From IMG/VR virus record IMGVR_UViG_3300032291_003678, positions 1 through 62,224 of that record: a stretch of DNA of 62,224 nt; one strand, 5' to 3'. The DNA is from a virus (Duplodnaviria; Caudoviricetes). Positions 38,860 to 48,709 of the stretch are shown piece by piece. A model generated the notes under the pieces. The model saw only the letters and a list, made by a program, of their open reading frames with translations. It made no database searches and was not told the origin of the DNA. A program made the position numbers and the translations under genes. Numbering within the stretch: the stretch's first letter is position 1; the number at the start of each line of letters is the position of its first letter.

Positions 38860-40589
38860 TATATCTCTAATTTAATTTCACCCCTAATTACTTTGTTCAT
38901 ATGTCTGTTTGCACAAAGTGCTGATTCTTGAATAATACGTTGACCACTTAATGTAATGGCTTCTGATAGAATTACATTTCCATATCTAAATGAAGGTAAT
39001 GCTGTAGCACCATAAAGTGAGTTAAGTAAGATTTTCATTGTGTATTGTAATAAATGATATTTTTCACCACCTATTGTATCACCTGCTTTATAAGCGGCTT
39101 TCATTTTATTTTTATATAAAACCCTTTCATCAAACCATTTATTCAAAATAGTAGATAATACTGACTCTTTATCTGTACGGAATATAACACCATTTGCTGA
39201 GATAGCCAAATTATATTGTTGAAGTAGTTTAGCTATTTTAGAAGAAGTCCAATCAATTTTATTGAATTTATCTTTATTAGTAAACCATTCAGTAGTGCGA
39301 GGTTTATCTTCAGTATCATTTATTAAGTCATTTAGGCCTAAGTGATTATTTCTATCATTAAAGTCTACAATTCTACCTACTAATGTTTCCTTACCAATGT
39401 TTAAGGACATAATAATTGAAGGGTATAGTGAAGTTAAATCCTCATCAAACATATAACGGTATAAACCTGCTTTAGGACAAAATAAATAACCACCTGCGTA
39501 ATTAGCCTTTTTAATAGGATTTCTATCACGTGAAGGTGGTACTATATCTTCTGATAGTAAAAACGCTGAAATAGCACCATCATGAATTTTAGATGATTGG
39601 TAAACATCATCATAATGGATTTTACCTTTGTGAGCTAGATTTTTAGTTAAACTGATGTAGTTAAATTTATGGTCTAAAGCTTTTAAAATTTCAACGTCTC
39701 TAAAGTTATATTCAATAAATTTATCCTTATCAGTTTCAAACAATCTGTCCAAACTACCTTCATATTCGATTTTAGATAATTTACAATACTTTTCCCCTAA
39801 TGCATCTAATTTATAAGAGGGTTCATCCGCAAATGAATATTTTTTATGTAAACGAATATAATCTAAAGAATACATCCCTTCAATTCTTATAGGTTGATCT
39901 TCATTATAAATTGTAATTCCAATATCGTTAGTAAATTTTTGTTCTTTAATTTTACCTATTGGAGATAAAACACTAGCTCTACGTTCACCTAATTGATTTA
40001 AAATTCTATAATAAAGATAAGGTATATCGAAATAATCACTATTATAACCAATTAAAATGTCAGGACTAACTTTAGTTAAATAATTTAACCATTTATTTAA
40101 TAGTTCTCTTTCGTTTGGTACAGGTATAATTTGTTTATTACCTATAGTGGTTTTTTCAATTTTATTCTCTTTGTCTAAAATTAGAATATACCATTTATCT
40201 TCTTGTTTATGCCACCAAGCAATTGATGTAACAGGTTTAGGTGCTTTTCTAATGTATTCAGGTGTAAGTGCACCACCCATTTCAATCTCGATATCGAAAA
40301 ATACTTCTTGGTGGGTAGTTGAAGGTTCATCATTTATGCCATATTTATCAATCAAAAACTTTTGATGAATAGGCATATCATGATAATGAATAAATGGATT
40401 ACTTCCTTCCCAGTATGTAGTTTTCTTTAGAGGTTCTCCGTTTAGACCAAAATGTGTAGCCTGGTTTTGGCTACACACTTCATAGGCATAATTTTGAAAT
40501 TCATATTGTTCTACTCCATCATCGGTCCATAAGGTAACATTGTATCTATTTTTACCTAATGATGTAGTTGTTATATTTTTATAACTCAT
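38859..40589 (-). CDS. family B DNA polymerase, N-terminal subunit (3'-5' exonuclease, motifs A and B)
   Basis: FFDIEI, GYNSDYFD, YNFRDV, DLTSLYPS, KILLNSLYG. Confidence 0.93.
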   Translation of the reverse strand: MSYKNITTTSLGKNRYNVTLWTDDGVEQYEFQNYAYEVCSQNQATHFGLNGEPLKKTTYWEGSNPFIHYHDMPIHQKFLIDKYGINDEPSTTHQEVFFDIEIEMGGALTPEYIRKAPKPVTSIAWWHKQEDKWYILILDKENKIEKTTIGNKQIIPVPNERELLNKWLNYLTKVSPDILIGYNSDYFDIPYLYYRILNQLGERRASVLSPIGKIKEQKFTNDIGITIYNEDQPIRIEGMYSLDYIRLHKKYSFADEPSYKLDALGEKYCKLSKIEYEGSLDRLFETDKDKFIEYNFRDVEILKALDHKFNYISLTKNLAHKGKIHYDDVYQSSKIHDGAISAFLLSEDIVPPSRDRNPIKKANYAGGYLFCPKAGLYRYMFDEDLTSLYPSIIMSLNIGKETLVGRIVDFNDRNNHLGLNDLINDTEDKPRTTEWFTNKDKFNKIDWTSSKIAKLLQQYNLAISANGVIFRTDKESVLSTILNKWFDERVLYKNKMKAAYKAGDTIGGEKYHLLQYTMKILLNSLYGATALPSFRYGNVILSEAITLSGQRIIQESALCANRHMNKVIRGEIKLEI

Positions 40590-40608
40590 TTATAACCTTT
40601 ATTTAATA

Positions 40609-40869
40609 TTATTTTTTGGTTTTTGGGTAGTACTTTCTTTTTTTCTTTGGTTTAGGAGCTACTTCATCTGCTATAACTTCTATTTCTTCGGTTATTTCTG
40701 GTCTTAAATCTTTGTTATATAATTCCTCTACAAGTTTGATATTTTCCAATTCCTCAGGTGTGTATGTTGGGGTTTCTGTTGGTTGGTTTTTGTCTTGGTA
40801 GTTAAACATAAGGTATGCAGCTATTGTTAGTAACGCTAATACGCCTGCAGTTATTAGTAAGTTTGTCAT
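40609..40869 (-). CDS. membrane-anchored hypothetical protein
   Basis: N-terminal TM, basic tail. Confidence 0.65.
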   Translation of the reverse strand: MTNLLITAGVLALLTIAAYLMFNYQDKNQPTETPTYTPEELENIKLVEELYNKDLRPEITEEIEVIADEVAPKPKKKRKYYPKTKK

Positions 40870-40886
40870 ATTTTTTAAGTTTTAAA

Positions 40887-41411
40887 TTAGTTTCCGGTTA
40901 GTTGTTTTAAATAAGATTTTTGAATTTCTTTATCTGTAAAGAATTGTTTTAAGTTAGGACGAAAATAATTTACATTTTTCATTACTTTTCTATCTCTTGT
41001 TCTGTAAACGATAAAATAGTCTCCAACTTTTTCGTAATGACATTCTTCACCTTGTTCACTCGATCTTTGAATGACAGTTGCTTTAGCGTCTTCTTCAGTT
41101 TTGCAAGCTTTAGATAAATTTGAAGCTTGTACCTCTTGATATGCTGGCCATATCTTATCCTTAAGGCCATGTAACATAGTACCGTTCCCAGTGGCAACAT
41201 AAGTAATATCGCACAGAGCATCCAGAACCTCAACGATGTCTCCTGCTTCGCAAGCTTCTCTATATTCTTCAAGTTCCTCAAGGATGAAATTGTATACAAA
41301 TTCCCATTCTTTTCGTTCGGGGATGTTTGCTTCATAATTGTTGGGTTTGCCCATTACGGCGTTAAATTCTTCTACCTCATCTACAAAAGGTACTTTTGGG
41401 TTTGTAATCAT
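40887..41411 (-). CDS. MazG-like / PRA-PH all-alpha NTP pyrophosphohydrolase
   Basis: EELEEY...EVLDALCDITYV...EVQASNLSK. Confidence 0.85.
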   Translation of the reverse strand: MITNPKVPFVDEVEEFNAVMGKPNNYEANIPERKEWEFVYNFILEELEEYREACEAGDIVEVLDALCDITYVATGNGTMLHGLKDKIWPAYQEVQASNLSKACKTEEDAKATVIQRSSEQGEECHYEKVGDYFIVYRTRDRKVMKNVNYFRPNLKQFFTDKEIQKSYLKQLTGN

Positions 41412-41421
41412 AACTTTGGTT

Positions 41422-41811
41422 TTAATTAATTTTTTTAACTGCACCTATTATTAGGTAATAAGGCCAATCCGAATATAATAAATGATTTTCTACCATCAAA
41501 ATTTTTTCGCCTATTTTGTAGTCAATTTTTTGTCCTGCTTTAGAGGCATGGATTTCATGTAATACCTCATAAATACCTTCTTCTGCAGGTGTAGCTGTAG
41601 AGCGATTGTAGACTGGAGGGGAGTTAGGCTCTACATTATAAGGCATAAATTCATTAGCCCATTGATGCCTATCTCCACAGCCACAATCTTCAATTCCTAA
41701 AGCCTCAGTTACAACTTCTACAGCTTTTGCTATACCAGTTGCATGAGTGATTTTAGCAATTGTATCACCTAACCCTCTTGAAGGGGCATTTGGATCGAAA
41801 TCTTCTATCAT
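41422..41811 (-). CDS. hypothetical phage protein (GLGDTIAKIT...DCGC)
   Basis: Likely start MIEDFD overlapping the PRTase stop. Confidence 0.7.
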   Translation of the reverse strand: MIEDFDPNAPSRGLGDTIAKITHATGIAKAVEVVTEALGIEDCGCGDRHQWANEFMPYNVEPNSPPVYNRSTATPAEEGIYEVLHEIHASKAGQKIDYKIGEKILMVENHLLYSDWPYYLIIGAVKKIN

Positions 41812-42206
41812 TTTCTTAAATAGTCTTGTATGGGTTCTGAATCTTTTTTCTCCCAAGGGTAAATAATCCATTCATCACCTTTGTGAATTTGAGCATAAAT
41901 ATTTGGTGTATAACAAGAAGTATGAGGTTTATAATGTAATACTGCTGTATAAACACCGACAGTATTCTTTAATGTTAAACCTGTATCACAAATGTCATCT
42001 ATTACTAGAGTATTAGGTAACATCACGTCAGACCACGGTAAACCTAATTTATGTGACACCATCACGGCAGGAATTAACCCGCCGCGTTTTAGTCCAAATA
42101 CTGAATCGATGTTAGGTTGTTCGGTAATAATTTTTTCACATAACATATTAATTAAATCCGAAACATCATCCCAACTTAAATAAATTTTATTATCTATTTT
42201 TAACAT
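41808..42206 (-). CDS. type I phosphoribosyltransferase (purine/Gpt-like)
   Basis: RGGLIPA, LVIDDICDTGLT PRPP loop, WIIYPWE. Confidence 0.9.
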   Translation of the reverse strand: MLKIDNKIYLSWDDVSDLINMLCEKIITEQPNIDSVFGLKRGGLIPAVMVSHKLGLPWSDVMLPNTLVIDDICDTGLTLKNTVGVYTAVLHYKPHTSCYTPNIYAQIHKGDEWIIYPWEKKDSEPIQDYLRK

Positions 42207-42901
42207 TATACTGGGTGTGTTCCGTTATTAATTTTAATTGAATCGAAGAATTCTTTACGTGCTTGATTATTATTTTCCATGAATACACCTGATGCTTTAG
42301 TGGTAACCATTGAAGCACCTTGATGTTTAACACCTCTACAAGATACACAGTTGTGAGTACCAACAATAGAAACGATTATACCTCTATTATTTTCACAAAT
42401 TTTATCTACTGCTTGGTGAACAGCTGAGGTTAATTGTTCTTGAATAGCACCTCTACGTCCGAAATGTTCTACAATTCTATTTAATTTAGATAAACCAATT
42501 ACTCTACCACCTTCACCTACTACATAACCAATATGAACTACTCCTCCAATTGTTTGGTGATGATGTGAACACATTGAAGTTAATGGAATATTTCTTTCGA
42601 TTACAATTCCATCGTAACCATCTGAAGGGAATGAAGTAATTTCAGACATTGGAGTGTATCTACCCTTCCATAGATCATTAACGTAGGCTTTAGCTACACG
42701 TCTTGGCGTATCAGCACTGTTTGGATCATTTCTCCAGTCGCAACCTAATGCATCTAAAAATTGACCATAGGCCTCTGCTGCATCATCAATCATAGATGAT
42801 TTTTCTTTTTCAGTAAGTGGGAAACCAGGTGCGACACCGTTTGCATAACCTACAGGAACGATTTCTAAATCGTTATGAATCTTTTTTCTGTTTTCTGTCA
42901 T
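42206..42901 (-). CDS. folE: GTP cyclohydrolase I
   Basis: DTPRRVAK, SMCSHH, GLSKLNR, QEQLT, HNCVSCRG. Confidence 0.96.
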   Translation of the reverse strand: MTENRKKIHNDLEIVPVGYANGVAPGFPLTEKEKSSMIDDAAEAYGQFLDALGCDWRNDPNSADTPRRVAKAYVNDLWKGRYTPMSEITSFPSDGYDGIVIERNIPLTSMCSHHHQTIGGVVHIGYVVGEGGRVIGLSKLNRIVEHFGRRGAIQEQLTSAVHQAVDKICENNRGIIVSIVGTHNCVSCRGVKHQGASMVTTKASGVFMENNNQARKEFFDSIKINNGTHPV

Positions 42902-43078
42902 AAGAATAAGTTGTTTTTTTATCTTTACTTGTAAATTTATATCCGTCTAATGTAATGAAGTCTAAGTCAAGATCCAAATCTTCTACATAATATTGTACTT
43001 TAAAACTGCCAATTCTTTCATTGCAGTATAACCACCATAAAGTGTTAAGTATTTCAAGTGGGTTAGGTTGTGTTTCCA

Positions 43079-43858
43079 TTATACTTCTCTTTGGTCTTCA
43101 AATGCAATGATGTGTGGTCTCCAAGTTAATCTATAACCGTTATCTCGAACCCAATCAAACATTTTAGGATATGATTTGAATAAAGCCTCTCTCGAATCTC
43201 CTGCGGGCATGAACCAAACTTTGTCTTGAGGAATATCTAGTACTTTAATACAACCCATGATCTCTTCCAATGCGCCTTGATCTTCACCATCCCATACTGG
43301 CTTTAAATGGTAATCTGAATGATATGCAATTGATTTAGACATTGCATCATAATTTAATCTCAACTTGTTATGTTGCTTAACCATTTTCTCATCAACTGTA
43401 TCCCCTTGTGGTGTTTTAACTCCCACTCTAGGTACTGAATTGGAAAACTTGGGAGAGATACTGAGAAGGTTAATTGGATAATCAGTCTCAAGAAAATGAG
43501 AGCCCTCTGTTTCAATTGTAATGAAAATATTTCTTTCATGTGCAAAATGTGTTAGTTCATTTACTAATGCTGGATGCATTGTAGGTGATCCTCCGGTAAG
43601 CATCATCTCTGTGATGTGAGGATTTCTGTCGTATGCTTCAATTATATTCTGGAATGAATATTTTCCTTTTTCTGGATTAATTGATGTGTATGGACTATCG
43701 CACCAACCTCCTTCACCGAACCAGCAGCGGTGGGTACAGCCACTTGTTCGAATTACAATTGTAGGATATCCTGCTCTACTCCCCTCACTTTGGACTGCGG
43801 AATAAACTTCTACAATCGGTAATACTTTATTATAATCTTCTATTCTCTTTAATCCCAT
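43079..43858 (-). CDS. queE: 7-carboxy-7-deazaguanine synthase (radical SAM)
   Basis: QSEG, IRTSGCTHRC...WCDS, TGGSP, IETEGS, SISPK. Confidence 0.9.
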   Translation of the reverse strand: MGLKRIEDYNKVLPIVEVYSAVQSEGSRAGYPTIVIRTSGCTHRCWFGEGGWCDSPYTSINPEKGKYSFQNIIEAYDRNPHITEMMLTGGSPTMHPALVNELTHFAHERNIFITIETEGSHFLETDYPINLLSISPKFSNSVPRVGVKTPQGDTVDEKMVKQHNKLRLNYDAMSKSIAYHSDYHLKPVWDGEDQGALEEIMGCIKVLDIPQDKVWFMPAGDSREALFKSYPKMFDWVRDNGYRLTWRPHIIAFEDQREV

Positions 43859-43859
43859 C

Positions 43860-44054
43860 TTAGTATAGTTTAAATTCTTTATATTTTTCGTAGAATGCTC
43901 TTCTACCTTCCTCCTGTAATTCTTCTACATACTCCCATACATCATCGGCATATCCCTCTTTTCCGTATAAGTCATCTCCGTACTTTAGAGTTTCAAAGTC
44001 CCATCTTTTATCAAAGGCTTTTGTTGCTAGATAAATTATTTCACTCTGTATCAT
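43860..44054 (-). CDS. hypothetical protein
   Basis: ORF in operon. Confidence 0.6.
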   Translation of the reverse strand: MIQSEIIYLATKAFDKRWDFETLKYGDDLYGKEGYADDVWEYVEELQEEGRRAFYEKYKEFKLY

Positions 44055-44367
44055 CTTCTTCTGTTTCTTGCCTATCAGATCTTCCTTGCTCTCTTATCAT
44101 CCTAACCTTATATGTATCGAGATAGTACGATAGTATTCCTACTATTTCAAAATCGGTAAGTCCTTTTGTGTTGAATCTAGTTTCTGTTCGTTCTTCAGTT
44201 TCTGTAATAGTAACTGTAAGTGTTTTTGTTTCTGCCATGTTATTGTCTATATACTGTTTTGTTTTGCCTTCTAATTTATCTGCTAGAGATATTTTTCCTG
44301 TATTATCATCTAGGAAACCGTTTTCCTGTAAAAACTTATTATCTATATATTGCTGAATTTTTATCAT
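44041..44367 (-). CDS. hypothetical protein (start uncertain)
   Basis: ORF in operon. Confidence 0.55.
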   Translation of the reverse strand: MIKIQQYIDNKFLQENGFLDDNTGKISLADKLEGKTKQYIDNNMAETKTLTVTITETEERTETRFNTKGLTDFEIVGILSYYLDTYKVRMIREQGRSDRQETEEDDTE

Positions 44368-44797
44368 GTTCTTTAAATTCTACACTCACTACTCTTACTC
44401 TGTTATCTGTTTCTATTTCAATAAATTCAGATACTTTTTCGTAAATGTATTTTGCAAACTGCTCTGCTCCTGTAGCGGGTACTACTCTTAGTTGAACTAT
44501 CCCTTCATTGTGCATTACTAATGCTTTAGGTAAGAATGGATCATCATTTGCAATGATGTAAGTATGATCAAACATATGATCCATCCACTCTTTTGGATTC
44601 ATACCATCAATCTTATTCTTAGCTCTTTTCATTCCTCCGAAGTCCCATACCCAGTTTCTTTCATCTAGGTCTCCTTCAAATACAATTTTGAAAGAAATAC
44701 CATAACCGTGAAGAAATCTGCAGTGAGTACCTTCTGCTCTCCATTGACGAAATACTGTGGAGTATCCATCAAATACTTTTGTTGATTGAAATTTCAT
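44339..44797 (-). CDS. queD: 6-carboxy-5,6,7,8-tetrahydropterin synthase
   Basis: HCRFLHGY, WVWDFG, FDHT, AEQFA. Confidence 0.9.
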   Translation of the reverse strand: MKFQSTKVFDGYSTVFRQWRAEGTHCRFLHGYGISFKIVFEGDLDERNWVWDFGGMKRAKNKIDGMNPKEWMDHMFDHTYIIANDDPFLPKALVMHNEGIVQLRVVPATGAEQFAKYIYEKVSEFIEIETDNRVRVVSVEFKEHDKNSAIYR

Positions 44798-44799
44798 AT

Positions 44800-45279
44800 T
44801 TACCATTTATTTATTTTAATTTTAAATTGCTTTGGTGCTACTTGTTGTCCTCCAAAATATGGAAACAATAAATATCTAGGTCCCCACCATCTTGATGTTC
44901 TTGGAATAATTACTTTTTTATCTAAAGCTATAACGGTGTAACTATTCTGTGAGATATCTATATAGCAAATATACGGCTTATTTTGTTCGATTGCTCCTAA
45001 ATCCTCTACAAAATGCTTTCCATCTCTATAGAAATAAACACAGCCTATTGACTTTTTTAATTTACTATCGTATCTCCATCCAATTCTAACTGAATGCTTT
45101 TGATGATGCCATGAATCTGAAATTCCAAATATCTTATTTGTATCTCCTTGATCTGCTTTATTGTCTAAAGTATATGCAGGATCTGATAAGAATTCAAAAC
45201 TAAATGCTAAACTTGTTTTAAAAGTAAACTTAGGTACCCAAGTACTTCTGTGACTTCCTTTGTTAATTGTGTATATCAT
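44800..45279 (-). CDS. hypothetical beta-rich protein
   Basis: NKIFG, SVRIGWR, PYFGG. Confidence 0.7.
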   Translation of the reverse strand: MIYTINKGSHRSTWVPKFTFKTSLAFSFEFLSDPAYTLDNKADQGDTNKIFGISDSWHHQKHSVRIGWRYDSKLKKSIGCVYFYRDGKHFVEDLGAIEQNKPYICYIDISQNSYTVIALDKKVIIPRTSRWWGPRYLLFPYFGGQQVAPKQFKIKINKW

Positions 45280-45447
45280 TAGTCTTTATTAAAAAATGTT
45301 CGTTTAATTGCATACCAAGATCTGGTTATGAATTCCCAAGCTAGATATGCAGTTGGAATTAGTAGTACCCAGTTTGGAAGTCCTACATTATAAATTATAG
45401 GCAATACTACAATTGCTGCTATGATTGGATAGAATTGTTTTATCATA

Positions 45448-45987
45448 TTAATTGTTTTTCTTTAAGATTATACTTGTTATATTTTTTCCATTATGTGCCC
45501 ACTTTACTATGGATTTTCTAGAGTATCCTGGTATGCTGTTTGTTTTGGTTAGGTTGTTGTAGTATGGAAAGTATCCACTTTCATCATAACTTGATAGTAG
45601 GATGTTATTAGGAGCTTTAGCTTTTGCTACTGTTAGTATAATTTTATACATTGTTGAGTAAATCTTAATTAGATTAGCTCTACCTCCTTTAGGTAAATTA
45701 CTAGCAAAATCAGTACCACCTCCGTGTTCAGTAAATCCTAAATCACATACTGTTCCCTCAAGTCGAATCTGATCTTTATCTCCAGGTAGTACTATATCGG
45801 AAGGATAGTCTGTCACGGTGTAGTCGTAGATTATATCACCAACTGTAAAATTACCTTTATTTATCCCACCATTTATTTTAGCTGCATTTTTAACGTTGAG
45901 TTGTATTTCTTTTAAAATACTCAGGCTTTCGCTAAGTAGTTGTTCCTGCTCAGATAACTCAATAATATCTTTTAGTTTTATTTTCAT
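45448..45987 (-). CDS. hypothetical protein, possible internal head protein
   Basis: N-terminal KIKLKDII..LSE..LLSE..ILKE. Confidence 0.6.
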   Translation of the reverse strand: MKIKLKDIIELSEQEQLLSESLSILKEIQLNVKNAAKINGGINKGNFTVGDIIYDYTVTDYPSDIVLPGDKDQIRLEGTVCDLGFTEHGGGTDFASNLPKGGRANLIKIYSTMYKIILTVAKAKAPNNILLSSYDESGYFPYYNNLTKTNSIPGYSRKSIVKWAHNGKNITSIILKKNN

Positions 45988-46193
45988 ATTAAAATATTAA
46001 ATTGTACATTGCTTTAAAAATGTTATAAGCAATAACTGCCATAACTGACCAAGTAATAATTGCTGCCCAATTCCATTTTAAAGGATTGAATGAAGGTTTA
46101 GGTTGTTTGTCTTGTATTCCCATAACTTGTTTCATGTGATCGTTTATTTCTCTCATTATATTAATATACGCACTTTATTTTATGATTCCAAAT

Positions 46194-46532
46194 TTATTTC
46201 CAAAATAATTGAATTGTCATTATACAAACTGCTAATCCTAAACAAATTAAAGTTTTTATAGTAAATGGTTCTTGGAACCATGAATGTGCCATATAGCTAA
46301 ATACTATTGCTCCTATAGAGAATCCTAGTAATCTTGATGGCCAAAGCTGTCCTTCAAAATGATGTACTAAGTGTTTAACAGAACCCATATAAAGTAGTGA
46401 GATTGGAAAACCCATCATTGCCACTAGGTATGGATGGTCTTTAAACCATTGCCATCTGAATTGTCCTTGTAGTTGTACAAAAGTAAATATTTGAGCAAGT
46501 AGCCCTAAACTAAAACCTATTAGTAAATTCAT
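46194..46532 (-). CDS. 4-TM membrane protein (SMR/EamA-like)
   Basis: Four hydrophobic helices; FQEPFT.K motif. Confidence 0.6.
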   Translation of the reverse strand: MNLLIGFSLGLLAQIFTFVQLQGQFRWQWFKDHPYLVAMMGFPISLLYMGSVKHLVHHFEGQLWPSRLLGFSIGAIVFSYMAHSWFQEPFTIKTLICLGLAVCIMTIQLFWK

Positions 46533-46533
46533 A

Positions 46534-47634
46534 TTAATTTGATAATGGTGCTTTAATTGCTGGATGTGATTGATAATCTATCAGTTTTAACAAACTATGG
46601 TCTAATTCATCAAATGGGACCTTAAACCCATCTATTCTTCTCATATCATCACATATCATTAGTTTTGGTAATGTAAAAGGTTCTCTTCCAATCTGCTCTT
46701 TAGCTTGTTCAATATGATTTGAGTATAAGTGAACATCACCTAAGTTACCAATCAACTCTTCAGGAACCATATTAACTTCTTTTGCTAGCATCTCTAGTAA
46801 TAATCCATAAGAAGCAATGTTAAATGGTAAACCTAAGAATGTATCTACTGAACGTTGATTCCACATTAAAGAGATTGCTCTGGTTGGTATGTTAGCTTCA
46901 TTAAGAATCTTTTCATATTTTTCTTTATCTTCTATCATAGTTGGCCAAATGTAATCTCCATCTAACATAGCATATTTTTTATCACCTAAAAAATTATTTC
47001 TTTCTCTTAAACTCAACTCTCTTGTATAAACTTGAAATCCATAATGACAAGGTGGAAGAACCATTTGGTCTAATTCTCCAACATTCCAAGCATTAACCAT
47101 TAATCGTCTTGAGTCTGGATTTGTTTTAAGGTCGTTGATTAGGTTTTGGATTTGGTCTATTTTATAGGTTGACATTCTCATTTCTGAATAATCAATACCT
47201 CTCCAATTTCTCCATTGCTTACCATAAATTGGACCTAAATCACCCCACTTCTTTGCAAATTCATCATCTGTTTTGATACGTTCGATGAATTCTTCTTTAG
47301 TTTTTGGTAAACCGATTGCAGGTAATAAATGTAGATTATTAGCAACTATTTGTTTTCTGTAATTTTCCCAACAATCACCATCCCAAATATGACAATTATT
47401 ATCAACCAAAAACTTAATGTTGGTATCACCTCGTAAGAACCAAAGAAGTTCTGTTACAATTGTTTTAAATGGCATCTTCTTTGTAGTAAGTAAAGGAAAA
47501 CCATCCTTCATATTGTGACGTATTTGTCTTCCGAATACTGAGATTGTTCCTGTACCTGTTCTGTCTTGTTTTGTTACTCCGTTGTCAAGAATGTCTTGAA
47601 GTAAGTCTGTGTATTGTTTATCTAATGAATTCAT
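46534..47634 (-). CDS. thyA: thymidylate synthase
   Basis: DRTGTGT, ELLWFLRG, GPIYGKQWR, LPPCH, QRSVDTFLGLPFN, HLYSNH. Confidence 0.97.
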   Translation of the reverse strand: MNSLDKQYTDLLQDILDNGVTKQDRTGTGTISVFGRQIRHNMKDGFPLLTTKKMPFKTIVTELLWFLRGDTNIKFLVDNNCHIWDGDCWENYRKQIVANNLHLLPAIGLPKTKEEFIERIKTDDEFAKKWGDLGPIYGKQWRNWRGIDYSEMRMSTYKIDQIQNLINDLKTNPDSRRLMVNAWNVGELDQMVLPPCHYGFQVYTRELSLRERNNFLGDKKYAMLDGDYIWPTMIEDKEKYEKILNEANIPTRAISLMWNQRSVDTFLGLPFNIASYGLLLEMLAKEVNMVPEELIGNLGDVHLYSNHIEQAKEQIGREPFTLPKLMICDDMRRIDGFKVPFDELDHSLLKLIDYQSHPAIKAPLSN

Positions 47635-47643
47635 TCCTTTAAC

Positions 47644-47880
47644 TTATCCTTTGAGTAATTGTTTACTTTTTATTTCTTCTTTTACTTGCCATAACATACT
47701 TTCAAACTTATTCTCTATATGAGAAGTCTGATAATAAGGCATCCCTTCCTCTTTTAATTTTTCAATGTATAGATTTACTAATCTTCTAGCATTAATACGG
47801 TGTCTTAATGTCTCACAGGAATTGATTACTTTTTCAATCCAGATTTCAATATCTACTGGTGTGTTACTTTCTGCTGCCAT
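47644..47880 (-). CDS. hypothetical protein
   Basis: ORF in operon. Confidence 0.65.
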   Translation of the reverse strand: MAAESNTPVDIEIWIEKVINSCETLRHRINARRLVNLYIEKLKEEGMPYYQTSHIENKFESMLWQVKEEIKSKQLLKG

Positions 47881-48101
47881 TATAGTCTACTAAATTTTAG
47901 ATATTGTGCTGCTTTTACTGCTTGCATGAATTTTTTATATGCTGAGGATTGTGATGGTCTTCTTCCTGAGGGAGTCAGTAACTCAGTCTTAGACTGATAT
48001 TGATCTAGTGGTTCTCCCCAGTAAATAAAATACCCTTGATCCTCTTCAATCAATCTTACTTCATTATCATTTACTGTCGCTGATGCTATAAATTGTTTCA
48101 T
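47880..48101 (-). CDS. hypothetical protein
   Basis: ORF in operon. Confidence 0.65.
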   Translation of the reverse strand: MKQFIASATVNDNEVRLIEEDQGYFIYWGEPLDQYQSKTELLTPSGRRPSQSSAYKKFMQAVKAAQYLKFSRL

Positions 48102-48102
48102 T

Positions 48103-48450
48103 CTATAAATTATTTAGTACTGTATCCAACATATTTGTTTCGTTCTTGAATAGCTTTTCCTCTAATGCTTGTCGATTGTCTTCAATATGAGTATGAATAG
48201 TGTCTACAATCATATCATATGCTTTTGGATGAATTGACTTTGCAAATGAGAATTTTGTGTTTGTTAATTGAACACCGCTGTCTTTTAGTAAAACGTAGTA
48301 ATGTTTTTGCTCATTGATAAGAAAATACTTATTTGTGAGTGGTGTCATTCTCAAAGATGTCTTTGGATGCTCTAACAACTTAGTGATAATATCAATAAAT
48401 TGTTGCTCTTGTGAGGTTGGTGTGTACTTGAAAAACCTTTTGAATATCAT
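48103..48450 (-). CDS. hypothetical protein
   Basis: ORF in operon. Confidence 0.7.
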   Translation of the reverse strand: MIFKRFFKYTPTSQEQQFIDIITKLLEHPKTSLRMTPLTNKYFLINEQKHYYVLLKDSGVQLTNTKFSFAKSIHPKAYDMIVDTIHTHIEDNRQALEEKLFKNETNMLDTVLNNL

Positions 48451-48464
48451 AACTTTAAATTAGA

Positions 48465-48698
48465 TTAATTTTTATCAGGTTTAGTAAATAAATGTACTAC
48501 TATTCCTGCAAATAGTATTGGTAATATTGTTATAGAAAAAATATGTCCCATACTACATTCCCACCAATCATTAAATCGTGTGTGATGTATGCACCCAAAT
48601 AAGGAGTGCCCAACAGTGTATATAAACCATCCAAACATTGCTGAGATGTAGATTAGTATTATATACTTAATAAATTCTAAACTTGCTTTTTTATCCAT
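48465..48698 (-). CDS. small membrane protein
   Basis: 2 TM segments. Confidence 0.6.
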   Translation of the reverse strand: MDKKASLEFIKYIILIYISAMFGWFIYTVGHSLFGCIHHTRFNDWWECSMGHIFSITILPILFAGIVVHLFTKPDKN

Positions 48699-48709
48699 AA
48701 CTTTTATTT

